From Psilocybe cubensis (lineage: Eukaryota), in contig CM039004.1 in assembly GCA_017499595.2 (NCBI GenBank), positions 2,232,001 to 2,296,000 of the forward strand: a stretch of DNA of 64,000 bases, read 5' to 3'. A program made the position numbers and the translations under genes. The notes beneath the pieces were generated by a model. That model saw nothing but the letters and a program-made list of their open reading frames with translations. It did no database searches and was not told the origin of the DNA. Positions 13,661-23,667 of this stretch are shown here, in pieces. Position 1 is the first letter of the stretch. Each line of letters opens with the position of its first letter.

Positions 13661-13818
13661 TTTTTGTGACTCATTTACCTTGCTGTACGATTATACTCTC
13701 TTGCTTTCGACCTTCTGTTTTGTATTTTTGTAGCTTAATCATTGTTAAAACAAAAGACGCTGTCATGGATTTTATCCAAATATCCTCAATGTTTCTTCTG
13801 CGTGGAGCGTCAGTGTTA

Positions 13819-14564
13819 TCAACCGGACTGGCTTTGTTTTGCCTCTATAATCCATGGGCTGACGTATCCTCGTGCTAAAAGATCTTGTAGCGAAAGGTAT
13901 TTTGCACCTTGGATGGTACCAAGGCAAGTCTGTGGATAGTTCCAGCAACCGGCAGATAGCAATATATATACGAAAAATACTTACTGGAGCACGGCATTCA
14001 CAGGTGAATGGTTGTGACATCTCCCACTCTGTGCTTGGATAGAAGAAAGTCACTGTCGAAAAGAAAGTGAGTGACCTGCAGGAAATACTTGTTACAGTTG
14101 ATCACTAACAATGGTCTCCTGCGTCGATTTTCTTCAAAGCTTTGAGATGCCATTTGGCTCGATCGCTGGCGGAAAGGTCGAAGGCAACATTGGGCTCGCA
14201 GGAGTGGTTCACTTGAGTAAATATGGATGTCACTTTGTAAGTTGGTTGGGATAAATTTATTTTCAGCTTGCGTACCGTAGAGGAGGTCACTGTTCAGTTC
14301 AATATGGTCATTTGGACCGTTACCGCATTGCACGGATGAATAGGCTTTGACTCCCTTGGATATACCCGTCAGTAAAGCGAGAGTCTCGCCTGCTTGGAAC
14401 GACTTCGCTAGTAGTGGTTAGGGACAGTTCAAAATATAATACTAATAGGTAAATCGTCGCACCTTCAAGCTTTTAAGTGAAGATCTATATTCTCCAGGCA
14501 CAAACTCCACGAGGAAGCTTCCGGGATGCGTAGGCACATATGTGTTAGGGGTGGCGGCTCCCAT
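13819..14564 (-). CDS. Small stand-alone SET/post-SET domain protein
   Basis: VNHSCEPNV, LTFFYPSTEW, PFTCEC and CLGTIQGA motifs across 5 exons. Confidence 0.85.
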
Positions 14565-14984
14565 TACAAAGACACTCTAGTTATGGATAGTTGAAAGAGG
14601 TTTTGGTTTTGAACACAGCGGGCCAAGTTTTCTGCTTTATAGCACCCTGGCATGGGTCGTAATGTGTCGTCATCGCGTGATAATGTCCGCCATGCGCAAC
14701 TACCGAGAGGTAATTTGATCATGGGCTCTCAGCCCTGCTGGAACCAACCTGGGCGCACAGCAAGCCGAGCCGGTCGACAACCAGTAGCAAATTCAGATTC
14801 TAATGCTGACACTCGCCTACGTGAGATAGATAACGCCGAACGGTCAATACTTCCTCAGTCATTCAACGTTGTGTGAAGCATTAATTTGCAAGCGTTTGTA
14901 ATAATACAAGTATATGTTTCACAACGAGCGTAGTTTGGTACATACATAATAAAGAGATGACTACATACAACAGATGTGGGGTTG

Positions 14985-15069
14985 ATTCCACGTTAATGGA
15001 GGTTCAAGGCTTGGAACTTCTGGTGGTGTTAATTCCACGGTAAAGGAGGTTCGGGGCTTGGAACTTCTG
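14985..15069. repeat. Imperfect 38-bp direct repeat (period 47)
   Basis: attccacgttaatggaggttcaaggcttggaacttctg versus attccacggtaaaggaggttcggggcttggaacttctg. Confidence 0.8.
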
Positions 15070-15073
15070 CTAT

Positions 15074-15445
15074 TTAGACAAATTTCGACGCGCTCGGTTG
15101 AGCACCTTTAACATTGGCGTTTTTGGCTGGATAGGTAACGGCATAAACAGCGTCAGTCGAGGTATAATCGTGACGGCCCGGTGGTTCTGAAGCAAGCAAC
15201 GAGATATATCAGTGACAACCCTATGTAAGGAGAAATAAATAGCGCACTCGGTGGCTCTCTCAATCGTGCTTCTTCGTTGACGTTCACCAAGGCATAGTAT
15301 GAGAGCAGACAACCGCCTACGACAATGGCACCCTAGAAAGGTTTATTCAGTGTCATTCTGAAAGGATGGCGTATTTATCCCAACGCACAATCGTCTTTCC
15401 ATGAGGTGTTGTGAATGAGTAGCGTCCAGCGTTAAGTACAGCCAT
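15074..15445 (-). CDS. Small (about 84 aa) single-TM hypothetical protein, 3 exons
   Basis: Spliced frame MAVLNAGRYSFTTPHGKTI/GAIVVGGCLLSYYALVNVNEEARLREPP/KPPGRHDY...SKFV* with GT-AG introns. Confidence 0.6.
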
Positions 15446-15922
15446 GATGCAAATCGCAGAAGAACGACGGTGAGTTAAAACGTTTTTAAGTGGACCTCAA
15501 TGCCCTGGTACATATTATCACCGTCAATTATGTTCCCGAGACATAGTGACGAAGATCTGAATCAGTTGTGGATACTATGCGGATACATGACAATCCAGGG
15601 ATCGATCAGGTCACCAAATAACGAGTCAATTTCCTGAGCAGCCAATTAAAAACCGATTCAATCGAGGTGCCAGAGGTGGTTTGGGTGTCCTCCATACAGT
15701 AGTGCAATATTGTGGGGCTTTTGACTCGTTAAATATTGCCCCTAGTCAAGTCGCGTCCAAGTAATTACAGGGTCATGTGATGGCGTATGCTGGGATCATT
15801 TGCAGATTGAAGCGGAGATTCAACAATAATAACGTAAACTGTACAGTTGATGCCGGGAATCTGTCCGCAAATTATTGCCGCAATCAGTATCGACAAGCCC
15901 AACCTCGACACCGACAAAAACA

Positions 15923-16419
15923 ATGGCCCCCACCAAGAAATCAAAAGCCGCGAAGTCCACCGAGTCCATCGCCGCCAGGCTCGCGCTCGTCGTCAAGTCG
16001 GGTCAGTACACCCTGGGCTACAAGTCGGCACTGAAGCAGATGCGCAACGGCAAAGGTGAGCACTCTTTTGAACGTCTCTCTCGGGGACTGGAGCGTGAGG
16101 CTGAGAAGGTCCCTTGACTGATGCATATTTTTGTTTTGTTTCTGTTGAATAGCTAAGCTCGTGCTGATCGCTGGCAACTGCCCTCCTCTCCGCAAGTCCG
16201 AGCTTGAGTACTATGCCATGCTTTCCAAAACCACTGTACACCACTTCGCTGGTACCAATGTAGCCCTTGGAACCGCTGCCGGAAAGCTCTTCCGTGTCGG
16301 GTATGTGAACCTGATTGTGGTCCTCTACTGTTGTTCTGATCAGTTTGTTTAGTGTCATGACTGTCAGCGACCAGGGAGATTCCGATCTCCTCAACTTCGC
16401 TGAGGGTAATGCTGCTTAA
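15923..16419 (+). CDS. RPL30: 60S ribosomal protein eL30
   Basis: [37 protein letters not shown] and [11 protein letters not shown] motifs; introns 16056-16152 and about 16302-16352. Confidence 0.97.
16083..16114 (+). promoter_or_regulatory. Putative eL30-binding kink-turn element in RPL30 intron 1
   Basis: GGGAC-UGGA-GC[GUGAG]GC-UGAGA-AG-GUCCC resembles the yeast L30 pre-mRNA autoregulatory site. Confidence 0.65.
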
Positions 16420-16787
16420 GTTTCGCAGACATTATTATTTTTGTATCCCTACATGCTTGTTGTCGAGTCACGCGTATATGTATATGCATTACCATGGATC
16501 CATTGCTTGAGTTATGTAGCCGACAATCTTGGTGAGGTTCCACGCATCTATTCTCTGAGTTCGGGCACGTTTCCGCCGACGGTCCACTTGTGCATTGGGT
16601 TATGTTCGGATGTGATGTAAACTGTTTTCCACCTCAACACTGCAAGAAACGTTATGTTTTGAATTTGGATACTTTGGCGTTTCCTTCCACGGTTAATACA
16701 TTGAGATTTTGTGGACTTTACTTTCGCTGGTATAGTTTGCAAGGGCAATGAAGAACGCAATATATTTTTATTAAAAAACAAATCATC

Positions 16788-17097
16788 AGCCACAGAGCTA
16801 GCATAGTTGGTGTAGCGTCACCGGCCACCGCGATACTCAGTGCAATGCGGTCGTTCGTTCGAACCCCACGCAGAGCAATTTCGTGGACCGGTTAAGCTCC
16901 AGCCGCAGCCATGGTTAGTCCCGAGACAAAGGGGCGCATATGACGAAGCGTGTAGAAGTGAAACCTTCCACGTTCAGAGACATCCAGTGGACCAACATCT
17001 GCAGATGCATACCGTTAAGGCGAACGAGATAAAGATATATGCCATTGAGCACAGACACAAGGACGTAGGCAGCGCTAAGAGCGCACCGAACCTTTTT
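16788..17097 (+). ncRNA. Putative Pol III structured ncRNA, unit 1 (about 310 nt, family unknown)
   Basis: A-box TAGCATAGTTGG 16799, B-box GTTCGAACC 16857, 3' stem with GUA/GAA internal loop, T5 at 17093; motifs shared with unit 2. Confidence 0.55.
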
Positions 17098-17188
17098 GGT
17101 TTTGAAATTAACCTCGCTATTAATCCACAACATTTTTCTTTCAAGTGAAAGAATAATTATATAACATGGGAATTGGCTAGATTCTGAT

Positions 17189-17606
17189 GTGCAAGTTAGT
17201 TTGCGCCCTCTCTTTGTGAAGTGGATCCGCGTGAGTTGATGCCGTGGTACTGATTGGACGTGGTCGTTCGTTCGAACCTCACATTGTTCAACTCTGCAAT
17301 CAATGTCTGCACCATAGACCATTGAGGGGGGTTCGTCCTGTGACGAATTATTGGCCCTCTTCAAGAGGGGCAGATACCGAGAAAGGTGACACGGGTCTTG
17401 TACCTGTTCCCAGATTTCTCTGACATGCACTCGGCCAGTGGCGCCAGGCGGAAGTTGCCCTCTGTAGGACGCTATGGAGTCACATTCGCTGCTTGCACTC
17501 TTGGGACGCCTTGAGTCGCATGAAAACGCTGCTTAAAGTGCGAGAATCTCGTTCACAGGACGTGATATACAGGATGTAGGCCAATTAAATTGGTCGAACC
17601 TGTTTT
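17189..17606 (+). ncRNA. Putative Pol III structured ncRNA, unit 2 (about 420 nt, family unknown)
   Basis: TATATAA 17158, 5' hairpin, A-box-like TTGTGAAGTGG 17214, B-box 17270, long stem 17334-17346/17549-17562, same 3' module, T4 at 17603. Confidence 0.55.
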
Positions 17607-18187
17607 GCTCGACGTTGTCGAAACCATAGTTTGTTGTATGTATGTATGTCCACGGCGTCGCTTGGTCGGAAATGTGTCAGTTGCTGTGGTGGTGGTGCAA
17701 TGTGTGTGCTGGTGTGGTGGAATCTCTCGTCGGATTCGATTCACGCTCAGTACTAGGTTCTTCCCTTAATAACGTTTGCAAAGCCGAGGGCAATACTTCT
17801 GAGATCGTTATGTATACATGCGAGGCAGATTTCCAGACATTTATAAATATATATTAACCAGAACGACATGCCTTGTAATGTGAAGCGAGGCTTGTGATAT
17901 CACAATATTGACCACTCATAAAACAGAGGTCGTTGTTCAAAATCTCTCGGGCACAGGGATTTCAGGTTTAAGAAGGGATAGTCTACCCCTTGACCTGTTT
18001 TGTCCGATTGTATTTCTCATCAATTTAGTGCTTGGACAACACGAGACTCGACTTTTTGGTTTCTGCGCAGTTTTGACTTGTACATCTGAGAACTTGAAGT
18101 CCTTGTAAATATTCAATAAAGCAACTACAAACACCAGCATGAAAACAGTGAGGTGTATTACAAGAAAGCTCTTATGGCAGGGATATT

Positions 18188-19954
18188 CTACAGTAGGGAA
18201 GGGGTCATCTCGATGATAGAATGAGGTCCCTTTAGAGTGTAGTCCGCTTTGGAGACAAAGTTCCTTCCATTTGGCTCGCTGAAAATAATCTGAAAGGAAA
18301 AAGAAAGTCATTCAATTTAGCACGATTTCGCCAAGATATATTGACCACTCCAACTCACTTTGGCAGTAATACTGGACCCAAGGAATGCAGCGTAGCCATT
18401 GCCGGTCTGTTGGTATTCTGCATAATACTCGGGCACGGAGAGGACGCGGATTGAGCGGGGTTGTATATCAGTCAAAAGGTCGGGGTTGTTAATAAAGGAA
18501 GCAAGACGGGATTGTAGTGCCACGCCGATGCCTGATATCAAATGGACATTAGTAGATAAATTGATTAAGACTATGACTACCACATACCCTTGATATGTCT
18601 GGTAATATCTCCGGTAACGAACAAGCCATGCCAAATGTATTGACGTTGGTCAACTTCCGTTTGATTGACGACATGGCCAACGACCTCCTGCAACGCAAGA
18701 GGCTTTTCTAACGCAGGATTCAATGCCGCCGTGCCAGGTAAGTCAAGCAACAGACTAGGATCAAAGAGCGGCTCGCAGAATCGGTGTCTTTCCTTTCCTA
18801 TTGTCAGCGAATGCTCCCGGAACTGCACAGTGATTAGATCCATCGCCTCAACGTCGCGTTCGCGCTTCCGCTCTGCCTCAGTCTGCTTTGTCGCGTTCTT
18901 TTTCTTCTGTGTGCTTTCGATGACAGCTTTTTCACGTCCGGCGACGACGACAGCCGCAATGTCCATTACACCTTCGTCCTCTGGTAGCGCGGTCTCGCCG
19001 TCGGAGGGAATTTTGATATGGTCTTCCTTCCAGAGTTGCTTGACTAGCTCGAGGAGCGTATCATGGAGCGTTTTCGGGTCAAGTGGATTCTCGGGTGGCG
19101 AAAGTGCGTTCACTACGAACTGGTTGGCGCGCAGAAGGTTGGCGACGTAGTTTTGGCAGTGACGGATGCCAAGAGCCACGCTGGATCGCGCGTTGTGCAA
19201 GATGAACCCATCGTAAATGGGGGTGATGTCAGTGACCTCGTCACCAATGTCAACTACGACACCACTGAGGCTGTTCGCCGCGTACAGCTGGGCCATGGGA
19301 CGTTCAAGGATGGCGAATCCGGCGACGTTGAATCGCTCGAAGAAAATCTGGCAGATACGTTCGTAAGTGTCGCGTGAGGCGCCTGCTGTAATGGAGAAGA
19401 GGATAGGAGATTCATTCTGCACACGGCGCCGTTGAAGCTGGTTAAAGAGCACGTATTTCCTTTTGAATGGATGTAACACAGAGATCAGTATGTGGATATC
19501 AGTTATAAGTAGGTCAACGAACCATATAGCTTCTGCTTGTGTCCAGTCGTTGACACCACCATCGGCAAAAGGCCATGAGACTACGATGTCCTGGCCGTTC
19601 GCCAGAGCTTCGTCCAGCTGTGATCCAACAAGGTAGTCTTTCACAGCTGCAGTTGGAGAAGCCATCTGTGGAAACGCCGAAGTCGCGCGGCTCGTTGAAG
19701 CCAACGGTTCATCAGAGCCGTGTAAGCCTCCGTTCAGTTGCGACTCAGAGTTATCACCCAATGCATTTCTTCGTAGACCCACTCGGGCAGGAATTTCCTG
19801 AGGAAGATGCAAATGTTATAAGTATGTTGACGCGCCTGAGCCAAGGAACACGTACGACGGTTGGGGTTTTCAAAAGATCGTGAAGGCCCAGTCCAGCTCG
19901 AACAACTGTTCTGCTGACCTCAATGATAACGACGTTTGCGTCGCGGATTGACAT
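18188..19954 (-). CDS. ARP9: Nuclear actin-related protein (Arp9-like, RSC/SWI-SNF)
   Basis: Actin-fold motifs: QIFFERFNVAGF, LYAAN..SGVVVDIG...TDITPIYDG, IGKERHRFCEPLFDP, VPEYYAEY, AAFLGSSITAK. Confidence 0.75.
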
Positions 19955-20187
19955 AGGTATTCGTGCGGAGTGAGCTTGTATGTATACAGGGTTGGGTTTG
20001 CGACGAGGACCAGCGCTAGAGCGTTTGGGTTAGGGTTTAGACTGATCCAATTATGGAAGAACATTTATTGAAAATCGTAAGATCAATCTAACCGTGTCAG
20101 TTAAATTATTGACAAGACTATATATTATGGTCAGTTCTGTACTTTCCCCTCTTTCCCAAACACTCATTCTCTTTTCTCATTTAAACT

Positions 20188-23058
20188 ATGTGGAACGCGT
20201 TAGATGTTCCTGACAGCCCCGCGGAACCATTCACAGACTACAATCGGTGGAGGCTGCTTGTGAACGATGGGGGTCGCCATACATGGCATTACCTCCGCAC
20301 TGACGAGGAAGTTGAGCGGTGGCCGCAGAATGAAGTCGACAGATTCTGGCTAGGTCTCAAGACCGTGCGTAAACCTATCTTTCCATATACATGGATATAC
20401 GCTCATTCTTCCGTTATATAGAGTATGCCGGACTTACCCCCTGCAAAAGATGCTCTTGACGCTGCCCGGAACGGATACAAGTTCTACAAACATCTGCAAT
20501 CTCATGATGGGCACTGGGCAGGCGAATACGGTGGCCCTATGTTTATTCTTCCTGGACTTGTCTTTGGAACGTACGTTACTGGAATGAGCTTCAAGTTGGA
20601 GGAACGACTGGAGATGGCTCGTTACATCATGAACCGCGCCCATCCAGAAGATGGCGGGTGGGGAATGTAAGTCTTAATTTTAGAATTATGTTTGTTTAAG
20701 ATCTGACTGGAGATACGCGTCCCTAGGCACGTTGAAGGACATTCAACTGTGTTTGGCACGGCTTTAAACTACGCGGCGCTTCGTATTTTAGGGGTCGACA
20801 AAGACCACCCTGTTTGTGTTCGCGCTCGGGCAAAGTTGCACCAACTTGGTAAGACTCAAGTTAATTCCTGTGAGTTAATGACTCTTATATGCGTTCAGGT
20901 GGTGCGACGTCTATCCCTGCTTGGGGAAAGTTTTGGCTTTCGATTCTTAATTGTTATGATTGGGCCGGAAATAATCCTGTTCCACCAGAGTTGTGGTATG
21001 TCAGTGCTTATTCCAAAGTCTATATATCTTAACTTGGTACGTAGGCTACTTCCTGACTGGGTTCCTTTCCATCCCCACAAATGGTGGATCCACGTCCGTA
21101 CTGTTTACGTGCCGATGAGCTATCTTTATGGTGTCAAATACAAAATGGAAGAGAACGATCTCATCCTTTCACTCCGAGAGGTATATATTTGCAATCCAAA
21201 TATTGAGTATGACTGTAATTTATGCCCCGCCAGGAACTATATACACAAAACTACTATACCATTGATTGGCCGGCTCAGCGGAACAATGTTCATGAAGTCG
21301 ATATGTACGCCCCCCACACCGCTCTCTTTGACATGATCAACGTTGTTCTTTCCTCTTATGAGAGCTGCATCCTCCCACCCCTCCGTCGCGCAGGCTGTGA
21401 TGCCGCCTACCGTCTCATTGTAATGGAAGACGAAAACACTGGTTACCAAACTCTTGCCCCTATATCCAAGATGTTCAACCTCATCGCCCGCGCACATGTT
21501 GAAGGCCCAGAAAGTACCGCATATAAAATGCATGCTATCAGGAGGGCAGACTTCATGTGGGTTGGCGCAGACGGAATGATGATGACTGGTACGAATGGAA
21601 GTCAGGTGTGGGATACAGGATTCATTGCACAGGCATTGGTGGAGACTGGGTTAGCGAATGAAGAAGAGAATAAGGAGAGCTTGATTAAGGCGCTTGGATG
21701 GATTGATCAAGCACAAATTCAGCATAACCCAAAACATTACAAGGAAGCATATCGACATAGGACGAAGGGCGCTTGGGGTTTCAGGTTTGCCTTTTCACAT
21801 TTAATGTTATTTTCGACGCACTAAATACTAACTTATAATCCAAACTAGTACGACTGAACAGGGATACTCTGTCAGCGATTGTACGGGAGAGGGTCTGAAG
21901 GCAGCATTGTACATGCAGTTCAACCTTGAGTAAGTATGTCTGAAATGTATTCTCTCTCAAATGATCTCATTATATTCGTGAAGCTTTACACCCAAACTAA
22001 TATCAAAACAACGCCTTTGCGATGCCGTTGATATGATGCTCACTCTCCAGAATCCAGATGGTGGCTTCGCCAGCTATGAGTTGATTAGAGGTCCTGCATG
22101 GTTGGAATGGTTGAATCCTGCAGAAGTCTTCGGTTGGTCCTTTCTGAATCATTGACTTACAAAGTATGCTCACTCTTCTGGGATCTCTAGGTAATATTAT
22201 GATCGAGTATAACTACCCTGAATGCACAACATCCGTAATCACAGCCCTCGCTATCTTCCGCAAACACTTCCCAGATTACCGAAAGGATGATATTCAGTGA
22301 GTATTATTTACATCCTTTCTAGTTCTGAGGTTGTTGAATGTTATGATGCTTTTAGGCGGACTATCGACGGTGCAATCATGTTTTTGCACAAGGCACAGAC
22401 CCCCGAAGGCGGCTGGGTCGGCTCCTGGGGTATCTGCTTCACATACGCTTGCCAATTCGCACTAGAGAGTTTGTCGCTCGTTGGAGAAACATACGAAACT
22501 AGTGAATACTCGCGTAAGGCTTGCGAGTTCTTGCTGAGCCATCAAAGAGAAGACGGTGGGTGGGGCGAGAGCTACAAGGTAAGTTATATTTTCAAATGTT
22601 CTGCTCCTTGTTCTGATATATGTATATTTCTCTGCGGATGTAGTCATGTGAATCTAGTACTTGGGTGGAACACGAGAACACACAGAGTGTACAGACTTGT
22701 TGGGCCGTTCTAGCTCTCATGTACGCCAAGTACCCTCACCCTGAGCCCATTGAAAAGGCCGTCAAACTAGTTATGTCGCGTCAGAAACCCGTAAGCCTTT
22801 TCGGTCAGGACATTCATGATTTAATCTCATTTTCTCGTTTGTTTGATGATGTAGGATGGATCGTGGCCGCAGGAAGCCATCGAAGGTGTATTTAACAAGA
22901 CATGCGCGATTGCCTATCCAAATTTCAAGTTCTCTTTCGCTATTTGGATGCTGGGCAAGGCCCACTATTATTTGCAGGATCTCAAAGCTAAGAAGCTAGC
23001 TAATGCGAAATTGAATGGGGTCAATGGCAACGGCAAGGCCAATGGCCACCATTACTAG
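20188..23058 (+). CDS. ERG7: Oxidosqualene cyclase (lanosterol synthase)
   Basis: [29 protein letters not shown], catalytic VSDCTGEG and QW repeats ([17 protein letters not shown]). Confidence 0.95.
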
Positions 23059-23667
23059 TAAAAGTATACCATCTATCTAATCCATGTTTTTTGTTATAAG
23101 TAGTAGTACTAGTTGGACTTTTTTTTAAATATTTTTAGTTATGTAATGGAATGTTACTTTTCGTTTGCTTGCCCGGTGGAAAAAGAGGTAATCACACCGT
23201 CTTCATGGTCGCTTTGTTCTGAGACGTGGAACCAACATCTTTTTCTTCCTTATATTCGTACAATTTTACAGTCTTGTAAGCTTTTTTCGATCCAATTGTC
23301 TGCCTTCTGAGGAAAGGAGTCGGGAATTCCTTTTGATCACATTTGTGAGCAGGTAGTGCCAGTCGATATCAACCGACGGTCGTGTCCTGGATAAAATATA
23401 ACATCCCACTCATTTGAGGAACAAGGTCGCTGGCGGAGAAAAAGTTGGCAGAAGCAGCTCCTTTGTTTCTAACTAATTTATACATATTAAAGTCAGCAGG
23501 CGTGAATTGTCGGAGCAAGGCTAGTGTATAAAGAAGGCTCATATGTGCCATCCTCTGTTGATTGCTTTGACCAAAGGTTATATACGTGAAATTGCCGCTA
23601 CACATTGTATCTTTATAAGTACTATGGTTGGCTGTCATATTCATTGTTTTATGTTACATTGTTGCAC

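Noticed and set aside
16792-16876. Possible tRNA gene
   Set aside because: A and B boxes are present but acceptor, anticodon and T stems do not pair
16876-17043. Group I intron-like P/Q/R/S words in unit 1 (CCGCAGC, GTTCAGAGAC, AAGATATA)
   Set aside because: P7 pairing is imperfect (GACAT versus ATGCC), no P3/P4 could be built, there is no host gene, and unit 2 lacks these words
17222-17251. Minus-strand resemblance to basidiomycete 5S rRNA (AGTACCACGG-N8-CACGCGG)
   Set aside because: The comparison is from memory, short, antisense to the inferred transcript, and the flanks do not continue as 5S
16915-17627. Long minus-strand open frame, with a possible ATG at 17627 and GTTCG donors, spanning the two RNA units
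   Set aside because: The translation looks random with no internal repeat, although the DNA motifs repeat; G-U pairs, A/B boxes and T-runs favour + strand RNA. It remains the alternative to test
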